Origin: Mobula birostris
Lineage: Eukaryota
Direction: 5' to 3'
Assembly: GCF_030028105.1 (NCBI RefSeq)
Contig: NC_092379.1
Span: forward strand, 47,416,150-47,480,149
DNA length: 64,000 nt
Each line of letters opens with the position of its first letter. The first letter of the stretch is position 1. Both the position numbers and the translations under genes were made by a program. The notes under the pieces are model-generated. The model was not told the DNA's origin and searched no databases. It was given only the letters and a program-made list of their open reading frames with translations. Below, piece by piece: positions 1 through 12,077 of this stretch.

Positions 1-352
1 TCCAATACTTCTAACATAAACGCTCTAACAAGCTTCTACAGATGCACATTTGAAAGTATCCCGGCTGGTTCCATCATTGCCTGATACGGTAATTCCAATG
101 AATGGGAACACAAGACGCTGTGGAGTGTAATGAGCACATTCTGATCAAGCACAGGCATCGGCCGCCCCACCTTTGACAGCAGCTAGTGGAGCCACTGCCT
201 CAAGCAGGTAGTATCTGTCGCGAAGGATCCCCAACATCCGGCCGTGCCATCATCTCACCGCTGCGGAAGGGCAGGAGGTAGAGTAGCCTGAGATCCCACA
301 CCACTAGGTACAGGAACAGCTACTTTCCTATAACCATCAGTTTCCTGAACTG
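1..352 (+). mobile_element. Rex1/Babar-type LINE, 3' end of RT ORF (degenerate)
   Basis: Manual translation ends GRR*SSLRSHTTRYRNSYFPITISFLN*, matching the Rex1 C-terminus seen in ORFs 37204..37482 and 43239..43757. Confidence 0.75.
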
Positions 353-679
353 ATCTGCACAACTGTACTCTTATCTCAGCAATGAGACGTGACTGACCAC
401 CCCTTGCACCGCCATGAACTTGCCTCTGATTATGCTTTATTGCATTAGTCTTGTTTTCTTTTTTATTTCTTTTTCACCACTTTTCTTCTGTAAGTTGTTG
501 TCTGAATCTATCTGTCAGTGATGTTGCAAAGAGCAAGAATTTCTTTGTACCAATACATCGCCATACTTGCACAGTTAAAAACAAATTCAACTTGACTTGA
601 TGTTATGGTTGAATTCGGCACCAAAATCAATAGGCCACAGATTCTTCCAGTTAATCAATAATCGTTTCACTGTAATGTT

Positions 680-1110
680 AAAGTAAAAGGCATATTTATT
701 GTCATATACACAAGCACATGTATGCAGAAGTGAAAATCTACACACAAAGACTGACAATGTGAAACAGAAGATAAATTGTGCAAATACAAAGCATAATAAT
801 AAGTTAATAATAATAATAATGGGAAAAATAATGAGAACATGAGTCTTGAAAGTGAGTTTACAGGTTGAAGATTCAGTTCAGTGTTCAGGTGAGTGAAGTT
901 ATCCACGCTGGTTTGGGAGCCTGATGTTTGCAGGGTAATAACTGTTCCGGAACTTGCTGCTGTGGACCTAAGGCTCTGGTAACTTCTTCCCGATGCCAAA
1001 AGCGAGAAGAGGGTACGGCCTTTCCTGCGGCAGCGCTCCTAGTAGATGTGCTAAATGGCGGGGAGGTCTTTTATTGTGATGGACTAGGCTGTACTGTCCA
1101 TAGTGCCTAT
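680..1110 (-). mobile_element. Rex1/Babar-type LINE 3' tail fragment, internally deleted
   Basis: Reverse-strand match to the Rex1 3' end (cctgatg...gggtaataactgttcc...ttcccgatg...cgagaagag); similar copy at 15540-15800. Confidence 0.6.
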
Positions 1111-1586
1111 TCTATGGTATCTGTTGTTCTTCTCTCGCCATTTTTGTCAGCAACACATTTGCTTCCATTTCTCTTTATTCCTATCTAATGTATGAATGGA
1201 TATAAAGAGTACCAAACATGCTTGAGATGTTCTTTTGCGACGACATTACTGCGGGACCTGAGGATACATGCAGGAGACGATATATGGTTTGGTTGAGGCA
1301 TATGCAACTATGGGATTACTGGAAGCAGAGGGAGAAGGAGGAGGAGGTCCGTGGGACTGAAAGCACAATAAATCAAAATAAGTGAGAGAGCAGTGTCAAA
1401 GAATAGGAGGATGAGAATAGAACTGAAATACTGAGAGGAAGGGCAGAACATGTTTGTAGGCAATAGTTTTAACCAGAAAATGAATCTGGAGGAAGTAAAT
1501 CTTGAAAAATTCTTCAAGTCCTTTACTGAACTTTAAAAAAGTTGGAAAAAAAAGGTGAAGTGAAATCAAATAAATTATGGAAGCAA

Positions 1587-1754
1587 AGAATATCTAGTGT
1601 TTTATTAGTTTCTATAACTGTATAAAGTAAGAATATCTAGTGTTTTATTAGTTTCTATAACTGTATAAAGTAAGAATATCTAGTGTTTTATTAGTTTTAT
1701 AACTATATAAAGTAAGAATATCTAGTGTTTTATTAGTTTCTATAACTGTATAAA
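1587..1754. repeat. 43-bp minisatellite, about 3.9 copies
   Basis: Unit agaatatctagtgttttattagtttctataactgtataaagta starts at 1587, 1630, 1673 (1-nt deletion) and 1715 (partial). Confidence 0.95.
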
Positions 1755-3129
1755 ATGAAGAGACGAGCATAATAACATGATGTATCAGAGCTAGAGAAAA
1801 TGCGCAGATATTTACTGAGTGAATTGGAGAAGTTGTGCTCTGGGCAGCCATATGTGTAATGCATAGGGTCAATCATAATATTAAACAGCGGAATTTGTTT
1901 AAGGGGTCAAATGGTTTCCAAATATTTCTATGTATCGTATTCTTCCGGCATTACGTTGCAAGTAATGTTTCAATATTTCTTATCTTGGAATGTTTCCATC
2001 TTAATTGACCCAGTAACATTTTCTGTCGCAGTTCATATTTCTCTCAATAATTTTCATCTCATAAATATATCCAACACTTGAAAAGTGATGTCATTAGTAT
2101 TGAAAAGATTATGCATCACCTGTAATACATAAACGCTGACGTCTATCTCAAGTTAGTTACGATCTATTACCTACTTTGCCCGATTTCCTATCAGTTATTT
2201 GGAGGTTAGAAGCTGCCGTTTGAAATCGGAAGTGCACCTGTAGTCCAGAAACAACAGACAGCTCGATCTAAGAGTTCAGATATTCAATGATATTAAAGGT
2301 ATACATTTACACGAAGTTCTTTAACCCGATTATTTCTTTTGGAGTTACATTATAGGTAATCGATACAGAAAACATGTGAAACATGAAATGCTTTTACTTA
2401 CGCGCAGAAGCAAAACTAAACTGTTTCTCATATATCATATGGAATCGTCCTTGTTTAGTTCCTGTGAGATTGATCCAGCATCCAAACAAATCTTGTGTCT
2501 CGCATGGAGCCAACATTTATAGAATATTTTTACAAAACTATACTTACTATTATGTTCAATAATACACTTTTCATTCATACATGTTTAACAAATAATATTA
2601 ATGCAACACACTTAACAGCCATCCTTTGCAGCAGTACTACTTTAACGATATTGCATGTTTGAGAATTAAACCACGGCACTGTAAATTTTAACATATTATT
2701 TCCTTATCCTTCTTAGTACATTCATTGCCCTGATCAGTATTTTTATGGTGGGCTTGTTAGCGGACGCTGTTGATTCATAATATTGGGCTCATAATATTGC
2801 TTTCCCATTTCATTAGTTTCCTGAAGTTTCAAGTTTAATACACAGAAATAATGTAGTTAATCAGTAACTTCCCTGTGCTTGGAGCAGGTTACAATTTAGT
2901 GACAAAGGTGAACGTCCCGAATTTTATAATATGGTATTTTTTTCTCTCCCTGCATTTCACTCAATATGGGTCCGGACCGGGAACTCTGTGGCACACAGAG
3001 GAACACCGTAATTATCAGGCCACTAGATAGCATGAGAACGTAATACTACCAAACTAAGGGCTTTGATACTCTGATTTCAAACCATCTCCCCCGCAACCCC
3101 CCCCCACACACACACACACAAAGAAAATT

Positions 3130-4955
3130 ACGACAGAGAACTGGAATTCATCAATGGTAAAAGGAAAACCCCAAGGCATTCTACAAGTGTGTGAACAACA
3201 AGAGGATAAGACGTGAAAAAATAGGACCTATCAAGTGTGACGGTGGGAAAGTGTGTATGCAACCGGAGGAAATAGCAGAGGTAATTAATGAATACTTCAC
3301 TTCAGGATCTTGGTGATTGTAGTGATGACATGCAGCGGACTGAAAAGCTTGAGCATGTAGATATTAAGAAAGAGGATGTGCTGGAGCTTTTGGAAAGCAT
3401 CAAGTTGGATAGACGCCGGGACTGGATGATATGTACCCCAGGCTACTGTGGGAGGTGAGGGAGGAGATTGTTGAGCTTCTGGCGATGATCTTTGCATCAT
3501 CAATGGGGAGGGGAGAGGTTCCGAAGGATTGGAAGGTTGTGGATGTTGTTCCCTTATTCAAGAAAGGGAGTAAAGATAGCCCAGGAAATTAGAGACCAGT
3601 GAGTCTTACTTCAGTGTTTGGTAAATTGTTGGAGAAGATCGTGAGAGGCAGGATTTATGAACATTTGGAGAGGTATAATATGATTAGTAACAGTCAGCAT
3701 GGTTTTGTCAGGGGCAGGTCATGCCTTACCAGCCTCATTGAATTTTTTGAGGATGTGACTAAACACATTGATGAAGGAAGAGCTGTAGATGCAGGGTATC
3801 TGGATTTCAGCAAGACATTTGATAAGGTATCCCATGCAAGGCTTGTTGAGAAAATAAGGAGGCATGGGATCCAAGGGGACATTGTTTTGTGGATCCAGAA
3901 CTGGCTTGCCCCCAGAAGGCAAAGAGTGGTTGTAGACGGGTCATATTCTGCATGGAGGTCGGTGACCAGTGGTGTGCCTCAGGGATCTGTTCTGGGACCC
4001 TTAATCTTCGTGATTTTTATAAATGACCTGGATGAGGGAGTAGAGGGATGGGTTAGTAAGTTTGATGATGACATAAAGGTTGGGGGTGTTGTGGATCGTG
4101 TAGAGGGCTGTCGGAAGTTGCAGCAGGACATTGATATGATGCAAAACTGGGCTGAGAAGTGGCAGATAGAGTTCAACCCGGATAAGTGTGAAGTGGTTCA
4201 TTTTGGTAGGTCAAATATGATGGCAGAATATAATATTAATGGTAAGATTATTGGCAGTGTGGAAGATCAGTGGGATCTTGGGGTCCGAGTCCATAGGATG
4301 CTTAAAAGAGCTGCGCTGGTTGACTCTGTGGTTAAGAAGGCATATGGTGTGTTGGCTTTCATCAATCGTGGAATTGAACTTAGGAGTCGAGAGGTAATGT
4401 TACAGCTGTATAGGACCCTGTCAGACCCCACTTGGAGTACTGTGCTCAGTTCTGGTCGCCTCACTACAGAAAGGATGTGGAAACGATAGAAAGGGTGCAG
4501 AGGAGATTTACAAAGATGTTGCCTGAATTGGGGAGCATGCCTTATGAAAACAGGTTGAGTGAACTCGTCCTTTTCTCCTTGGATCGACGGAGGATAAGCG
4601 ATGACCTGATAGAGGTGTACAAGATGATGAGAGGCATTTGTCGTGTGGGTAGTCAGAGGCTTTTCCCAAGAGGGCACAGGTTTAAGGTGCTTGGGAGTAG
4701 CTACAAAAGAGATGTCAGGGGTATGTTTATTTTTACGCGGAGAGTGGTGAGTGCGTGGAATGGGCTGCCGGCAACGGTGGTGGAGGAGGATACGATAGGG
4801 TCTTTTAAGAGACTTTTGGATAGGTCCATGGAGCTTAGAAAAATAGAGGGCTATGGGTAACCCCAGTAATTTCTAAGGTAGGGACGTGTTCGGCACAACT
4901 TTGTGGGCCGAAGGGCCTGTATTGTGCCGTAGGTTTTCTCTGTTTCTATGTTTCA
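3130..4955 (+). mobile_element. CR1 LINE, 5'-truncated, RT region with frameshifts
   Basis: ORF 3599..4489 (SQHGFVRGRSCLT, LDFSKTFDKV, GVPQGSVLGP, KFDDD) and ORF 4432..4860; tail ending tttctatgtttc. Confidence 0.95.
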
Positions 4956-6051
4956 AAAAGCACAAGAGAGTGTGCTTGCTCACTCTCGTATCACTGGGTG
5001 TGAGTTTGACCTCAAAAAAAAAGAGCTGTGCAGCGGCATATTTTCAGTTGTACTATCCCTCTAATCCCTGCATCGCTGGCACGTGGCAGAGGGACTAAAT
5101 GGTGAAATTACAACCCTAGAGAGTCTGATTGAATGGAGCGCTTGATGCAAACGGCTTGAATCTGCTCCAATTAAGTTAGTGCTGTAAGCGGCGAGTTTTC
5201 CACGAGGCTTTCGGCTTATGCATTGTGGAAAATGCAAAGTGTCTTGAATATCAAGGGGTGAGTGACGTGTGTCAGAACATGCAACCTGAAGTACACTTGC
5301 AGTCTTAGTTTTTATGTACCTGCTCCAGCTAAGGCTACCTCTGGTGAAGACGCTCAGGATATTTATGCCACTGCACGCCGGAAGCAGTTGGTTAGACTCC
5401 TTCCTGTCGAAGATGGTAATGATTCGACACTTATGTAGTGCGAATGTCTCTTGAAGCTCATCAGTGTCTGACTGAAGTTCGCCCAGGTCTTATTGCAAAT
5501 TAGCGTGATCTGTCGAATAGTCTGAGAAGATACGAATGGAGAAGGTTACTGCAATCATTGGCATCCCACACCGGCAGCAATATCGCACAAATCAAAGTAG
5601 TGCATCGAAGTAAAACAAAATTGGAAGGCATTAGATAGAAACTTGTAATGATTGCTTGAGAGAAACTGTCGGGAAAAGTACGTTTGGCAAATCGGGATTG
5701 AGAGTTTTAGAATATCGTGTTTCTGTTAAAGATCGGGCAGAGCTGGCAAGATTATACAATATTGGTTTACACGGAATATTCAGGTTCTAGTCAGAAAAAA
5801 AGGAAAAAAACAGGTTTGACAACTTATATGGAGCGAATTATTTGACTAGTATAAGAGATGTAGGAGTACACTTGAGAGAAATCGTGGAAAAGCAAAGAAA
5901 AATATTGAAGTACCCTCCAGCTGATGAGGTGAAAAGGAAGTCTAAGAAGGTCTGCAAGCATATTAAGCGCAAAGCAGTAAACAGGGAAAGGAGCAACACT
6001 CACAACACGCTGGAGGAACTCAGCAGGTCGGGCAGCATCCTTGGAAACGAT

Positions 6052-6089
6052 CAGTCGACGTTTTGGGCGGGAACCCTTCGTCAGGACTG
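6052..6089 (-). ncRNA. Hammerhead ribozyme motif with mutated core (GAAA to AAAA)
   Basis: Minus strand reads cagtc-CTGACGA-agggttcccgccc-AAAA-cgtc-gactg; conserved G12 is lost. Confidence 0.7.
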
Positions 6090-6118
6090 TAGGGGGAAGG
6101 GGCAGAGGCCCTATGCTG

Positions 6119-6156
6119 CAGTCCTGACGAAGGGTTCCGGCCCGAAACGTCGACTG
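6119..6156 (+). ncRNA. Minimal type-I hammerhead ribozyme (PLE-associated)
   Basis: cagtc-CTGACGA-agggttccggccc-GAAA-cGTC-gactg: stem I cagtc/gactg, stem II ggg/ccc, palindromic ACGT in place of stem III, predicted cleavage after C6151. Confidence 0.85.
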
Positions 6157-6289
6157 ATCGTTTCCACGGATGCTGCCAGACCTGCTGAGTTCCTCCAGGG
6201 TGTTGTGAGTGTTGCTTTGACCCCAGCATCTGCAGATTATTTTGTGTAAACAGGGAGAGGACACGTCCTCCTAAGGATCAATGAAGTTT

Positions 6290-7098
6290 TCATGCTTTGG
6301 TCTGACTACCAGGGAGCGCCAGCGTCCAATATATTCGACGGGTCCTTCAATATTTACTGCAGAACCAAACATTCGTCAAACTGGAGAAGAGTGAGTTCCA
6401 CATCTCTGCATATTCTTCCTCGGCTAAGGGGAAACTCCAGATGGACCCTAGCAAGGCCCGTGCCGCTAGGGATTGGTCGTAATCCACCAAGATCAAGTAG
6501 ATGCAGCGATTTCTGGGGTTGGTATTTTTTTTTAACGGAAGGTCATCTGCAACTTCAATTCCATTGTAGTACCTCTTGCTGCTCTGATTAAAGGATTCTC
6601 CGGACCATTTCGCTGGACCCTAGAAGCCGAGGTAGCTTTCCAGGACCTGAAGCACCACTTCACAATGGCTCCTGTCCTTCTCCTTCCTTATACTGAGCTA
6701 CCATTTATTGTTGAAATTGACGCTTCAGACACGGAGTTTGGGGTTGCTCTTTTGCAGCGACCACTGTCTGACCAGAAACTCCATCCCCGTGTTTTCTTCT
6801 CCCGGCAGAAATGAATTATGACACAGGAAATAGAGAGCTATTGGCGGTCAGATTAGCACTGAAGGAGCGGTGACGTTAAGTGGAAAGGGCAAAGCATCAA
6901 TTTTTGGTCTGGACCGATATGAAGAACCTAGCCTATATCAAAGAAGTGAAGCAGTTAACTTGGTACCACGGTCGGTGGTCTCTCTCATTTAACCCTTCTG
7001 ATTTTGTCATTACCTACCATCCTGTTCGACGAATCAGAAGCCTGACGCTCTCTTCAGGCAGTTTGAACCACAAGACCTGATCGCCGTTCCAGAACCTA
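6290..7098 (+). mobile_element. Gypsy (chromovirus-like) pol: RT/RNase H, degenerate
   Basis: Fragments PFIVEIDASDT, NYDTGNRELLAV, FLVWTDMKNLAYIK (ORF 6880..7080). Confidence 0.85.
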
Positions 7099-8672
7099 CA
7101 GTGCCTATAAAATGTATTCGCCCCCTTAGAGGTGTTCGTTTTATTGCTTTACGCTCGACTTTATCTTGCTTTTTCTCACTGATCAACAGCAAAAGACTAT
7201 TTTGTGTAAAAATGAAAACACATCTCTACGAAGTTATCTAAATTTATTGCAAATATAAAACAGAAAATAAATGATTGCATAAGTATTCACCCCCTTCAAG
7301 ACAGTATTTAGTTGATGCCTCTTAGGCAGCAATCACAGCCTTGAGTCTGTGTGGATAGGTCTCCATCAGCTTTGCACATCTGGACACTGCAATTTTTCCC
7401 CATTCTTCTTTACAAAACTGCTCAAGCTCTGTCACATTGCATGGGGATCAAGAGAGAACAACCCGTTTCAAGTCCAGCAGCAAATTCTCAATTAGATTGA
7501 GGTGTGGATTCTGACTTGGCCACTCCTGGGTATTAACTTTGTTGTTTTTAAGCCATTTCTGTCGATTTGGCATTATGCTTGGGGTCATTGTCGTGCTGGG
7601 AAACAAGTTTTCTCCCAAGTTTCAGTCCTCTTGCAGTCTGCATCGGGTTTTCCTCCAGGATTTCCCTGTATTTTGCTGCATTCATTTTTCCCTCTACCTG
7701 CACAAGCCTTCCAGGTCCTGCTGCAGTGAAGCATCCTCACAGTATCATGCAGCCACCACCATGCTTCACAGTAGCGATGGTGTGTTTTGATAATGCACAG
7801 TGTTCGGCTTACGCCAAACAGTGTTTAGACTGATAGCCAGAAAGCTCAGTTGTTGGTTTCATCAAGGCATAGAACTTCCTTCCAGCTGACTTCACAGTCT
7901 CTCACGTGCCTTCTGGCAAACTCTGGCCGAAATTTCATGTGCGTCTTTTTCAACAGTCGCTTTCTCTTTGCCGCTCTCCCATAAAACTGCGGCTGAGAAA
8001 GCAAGCGGGCAATAGTTGTTGTATGTGCAATCTCTCCCATCTCAGCTTCTGAAGCTTGTAACTCATCCAGAGTTATCATAGATCTCTTGGTGGCCTCCCT
8101 CACTAGTCCCCTGCTTGCATGGTTACTCAGTTTGTAAGAACGGCCTGCTCTAGGCAGATTTACAGCTGTGTTATATTCTTTCCATTTCATGATGATTGTC
8201 TTAACTGTACTCCAATGGATATTCAGTGACTTGGAAATTTTCTTGTATCCATGGAGTGTATTTTTTTGGCCTTTATGGTGTTTTTGCCAGGATATTGACC
8301 CACCAGCAGTTGGACCTTCCAGATACAATTGTATTTTACTACAATCATTTGACACCATAAATGCACACAGGTCTCCAAAATCAGATCTCCATTTAACTAA
8401 TTATATGACTTCTAAAACCAATTGGCTGCATCGGTGATGATTTGGCGTGTCATATTAAAGGAGGCGAATACTTATGCAAACAACTATTTTGAGCTTTATA
8501 TTTGTAATTAATATAGATATCTTTGTAGAGATCTGTTTTTACTTTTATACGAAAGAGTCTTTTTCTCTTGATCAGTCTCAAAAAAGCCAAATTAAATCCA
8601 CTGGGATTCATTGCGGCAAAACAATAAAACATAACAACTTCCAAGTAGGTTGAATTCATTTTATAGGCACTG
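7099..8672 (-). mobile_element. Tc1/mariner DNA transposon with about 200-215-bp IR/DR-type terminal repeats
   Basis: cagtgcctataaaa...ttttataggcactg; TA duplication at 7097-98 and 8673-74; inner repeats gcataagtattc near 7278 and 8470; ORF 7846..8358 carries the HTH region (GYKKISKSLNIHWSTVKTII); decayed. Confidence 0.95.
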
Positions 8673-8674
8673 TA

Positions 8675-9943
8675 TCCTCTCGAAGTCCGGGCTGGTGGCA
8701 CCGCCCCGGTAGCAGGTTGCTACCGTCATCGGGAGGGCACAAGAGCAAGAGGCAGACCCATAGAAATGTCCTTCGCCTCGCGCTTTCTTCCCTAATTCTC
8801 TCAGTTAAGGTATGTTACAGTGGGGACATCGTAGGACATCCGGGGTAGTACTCGAACGGAGGAATTATTGAAGAAGCGGTCTGGTGGTCGGGCATGGTTA
8901 GGAATGTTAAATCATGCGTGGCAGCCCGTCATTTCTGCGCCCAGAAAGAGGAACCTAGATTCCGGCCACAGGGGCCGCTGGACCTACTGCCCATTCCTTC
9001 CCGTTCATGCCCCATATCTCCATGGAGTTCACTACCGGCCTAGCCACCATCGTGATTATGGTGGTGGTGGACTGGTTCTCCAAGACCTGTCACATTGTGA
9101 CCCTATCCAAGCTTCCCTCCGCTTTGGCGACGGCCAACCTTATGCTGCAACGTATGTTTTCCCCGGGACGTAGTTTCTGAACGACGCCGGCAGTTTACAT
9201 CTCGGTTCCTGTATGCCTTCTATCGTCTCATGGGAGAACAGTCAGCCTCTCATCGAGATTTCACCCTCAGTCCAAGCGGCAGACGGAAATGGAGCAACTA
9301 GGACATGGAGAACACCCTGAGCTGCCTTACATCGGTAAATCAAGCGACATGGAGTGATCATCTGCTTTGGGCAGAGTTTGCTTTTCTATGGGGATGTCTC
9401 CCTTTGAGCGTTAGTTTGGTAATCAACTCCGTCTGTTTACCGAGCAAGTCCGTGGTGGGAAATTGTCTGCTAAACAGTTCGTCCGTCGTTGCTGGCAAAA
9501 GTGTGGAAAAGCTCGGGCAGCCCTGCTGAAGGCCTCTGTGCAATAACAGCGGCATGCCAACCGTCGAAGGAGGCTAGGCCCTTCTTTTCGTCCTGGCCAG
9601 ATGGTCTGGCTGCCTCGGAAATTGGCGCCAAGCCAGGTAGGATTGTTGAAGGTTCACCGATCAACGTAGTCACTTACCGTTTTCAGTTGGCACACGTCAT
9701 GTATATTAGCCCCACGTTCCATGTTTCCCATCTAAAGCCCCTTCTGTGCAGTCTGCTGGCGCCAGACCCGGAACCCGGCTCCTTGCATCATTGACATTCA
9801 CCCGGCAGCCGTCAGCTTCTGGACTCGTGTCTGGTTCTTGGCTGGCTCCAGTACTTGGTCGATTGGGAGGATTATGGCCCAAAGGAAAGGTCCTGGATTC
9901 CCTCCCAGGGGTGCACTGGGGGGGAGGGCGTGGAGGGGAGTTC
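8675..9943 (+). mobile_element. Gypsy pol continued: integrase, GPY/F, chromodomain, PPT
   Basis: [48 protein letters not shown] (9849-9908); purine tract before TGTCA at 9944. Confidence 0.85.
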
Positions 9944-10290
9944 TGTCATGCTTCGGCCCAATCACTAGGGGCGCCAGAATCATCCAGGCTCCGATTCTCC
10001 TTCCGAGTATAAGGTGATTATCTTCACCAGTGTCTTGTTTTAGTTATCAGTACATATGTGACCTGTTTTGCTTTCCTATTTAAGTGCCCTGTGTTTTGTT
10101 CACCATTGTTCAGTCTTGAGTTTACCTACACTCTGTATAGTGATACTCGTGTCATAGCCTCTGCACTCTGCAAACCAGTCCACAAGTGAAGATTCTTTGT
10201 TAACTCCATCCTCGTCTCTGGTCTCCTCTGCACTTGAGTCCACCAGGTCTAAGTCTCTTCTTGAGGTCTAACTGGTTAAATATACGTAAC
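9944..10290 (+). mobile_element. 3' LTR of the Gypsy element (end approximate)
   Basis: Begins tgtcatg directly after the purine tract; similar architecture to the solo LTR at 52581-53800. Confidence 0.6.
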
Positions 10291-10589
10291 TTCACCATAG
10301 CAACTCCGGTTCAAACCCAGCCCGGCAGCCGCACCTACTACAGAAGTCGTTTATATGCAGAGAGAAAAGAAATGTCTGAAATCTAAATGAATATTCATCG
10401 TTTGTATTTACCGCGGAGCAGGCCATGGAAACTAGGGGATTAAGGAATATAAAAAGCGAGGTCTTGAATTCTATTCATGTCACCAAAAGGAGGTGATGAT
10501 AAGGTAGACAAATACCTGCGGCAGGACTAAATGTGACCTAGAATATTGTGGTAAGAAATTGTAGAGTCCCCAGAACATGTCTTTGCACC

Positions 10590-11400
10590 ATCCGCAGCGA
10601 CGGGCGAGGTAACAGAAGACTGAAGGGTGGCTAACGCTGTCTTTCATTCAAGCCAGAAAACAATAGGCCGCAGCGCCCACAATCGGTAATGGAAAAGTTA
10701 CCGATTGCATTCTAGGATTCGAGAAAGGCGAGGAGTGATAAGGAACAGTCAGCATAGCGTTGTCCATGGAAAATCGCGTCTGATTAATTAGAGTTTTTGG
10801 AAGAGTTGATGAAGGTAAACTGTGGATGTAGACCAAAGGATGGCCGATGGAATTTAACTCGGACAAATTGAAGAATTTCACTTTCTAGAGCTGAACGTAC
10901 AAAGTAAGTGTAAATTTACCAGGAAAATGCTACACAGCAGCGGGACTTACAATTGCATTTATATGGTTCCATGATTGTGAAGACACAAGAAGATAGGTTT
11001 GTAAGGTGGTGATTGGCACGCTTACCTTCGTCATTCAGGGTACAGAATACAGGAATTGAGACGACATGTCGCAAGTGTAGAAGATATCAGTGAGACTACG
11101 CTTGGGGCCCTGTGTGCAGTTCTTATCGTCCAATTATAGGAAGGATGTCATTCCGCTGGAAAGGGCTTAGACAAAATTTGCTTAGTCTGGGGCTTGAGTT
11201 GTAAGTAGAGATTGGATAGTCTAGGAATTTTTCCTCTGAAGCGTAGCGGAGTCTATAACCAGAAGGAATGGGTTAAAGGTAAGATTTCAAAAGGACTTGG
11301 CGGGAATATGGAACGTGCTGACGAAGGAAGATGTCGAGGCGGATACTATTACAATCTTTTAATGGCATGTTGCCAATTCAGTGCATTAACCTTCAGAGAA
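10590..11400 (+). mobile_element. Old, degenerate CR1 fragments
   Basis: Recognisable CR1 RT-region nucleotide motifs (gggtggctaacg, cagttcttatcgtccaattataggaaggatg) without an open frame. Confidence 0.65.
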
Positions 11401-11589
11401 GGAAAATGTATTTAAAGGATTTAGAACATAGAACACATAATATTAAAGCACAGTACAGGCTCTTCCGCCCACGATGTTGTATCGACCTTTTAACCTACCT
11501 GAAAAGCAATCTAACCCTTTCATCCAGCATTGTCCTCATTTTTTAAAATTATTCCTGTGCTTATCTAAGAGACTATAAAATAAATTATG

Positions 11590-12075
11590 ATTCATGGTCT
11601 CTCCCTCACACTCTCTCGCTTCTCTCAGAGGAAGGTGCGTGCATTCGATTGGTCTCTCTCTCTCTCTCCCTCTCGCTCGATGCTGCAGGAGGATGGTACC
11701 GGGGTCTTGAGGGAAAAGTTTAATCCACGTGGTTTGTGGGTTGGACTCTGTTGGTCATGTCATGATGTTTTTCTGATTTCTGGTTACTCCTTTTCTCATT
11801 GTTGTTTTGTGTGGTTTTGATCGGAGCGGACTGCCCATGCAGCCTGTAGTCAAAAAACGACACAGTTCAGCTGAGGTGAACTGAACGGAACATCCCTAGA
11901 CTATTTCAATGACTTTGCGGCTTGATGTTTTATGTTCTCTGTTTTTCGTTCGCTTTTGCCGTTTGCGTGATTTGTTCATTTTTTGTGTGTGTGTGGGGGG
12001 GGGGGTTGATGTTTTTCTTTGAACGGGTTCCATGGTTTTCTTTGTTTCGTCGTTGTCTGTAGGAACAGACAGGAT
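11590..12075 (+). mobile_element. Unclassified non-autonomous repeat
   Basis: Non-coding, with CT- and GT-microsatellite patches; interrupted at its 3' end by the CR1 tail. Confidence 0.35.
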
Positions 12076-12077
12076 TG

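Larger units (their letters stand above)
5993..6246. mobile_element. Two Penelope-like element termini joined head-to-head (100-bp inverted repeat)
   Basis: Arms 5993-6092 and 6116-6215 are reverse complements with 6 mismatches in 100; same sequence as the PLE end at 20750-20850; flanked by taaacaggga(a/g)agga at 5978-5992 and 6247-6261. Confidence 0.9.

Noticed and set aside
1587-1754. Regular repeat as a CRISPR array
   Set aside because: Contiguous identical units with no unique spacers, in a eukaryotic context.
2952-3050. Minus-strand ...TVFLCV followed by CACAGAG and a 23-nt spacer, resembling a second V end
   Set aside because: The nonamer position reads GTGAAATGC, there is no YxC or LTISS register, and no upstream Cys23/Trp41.
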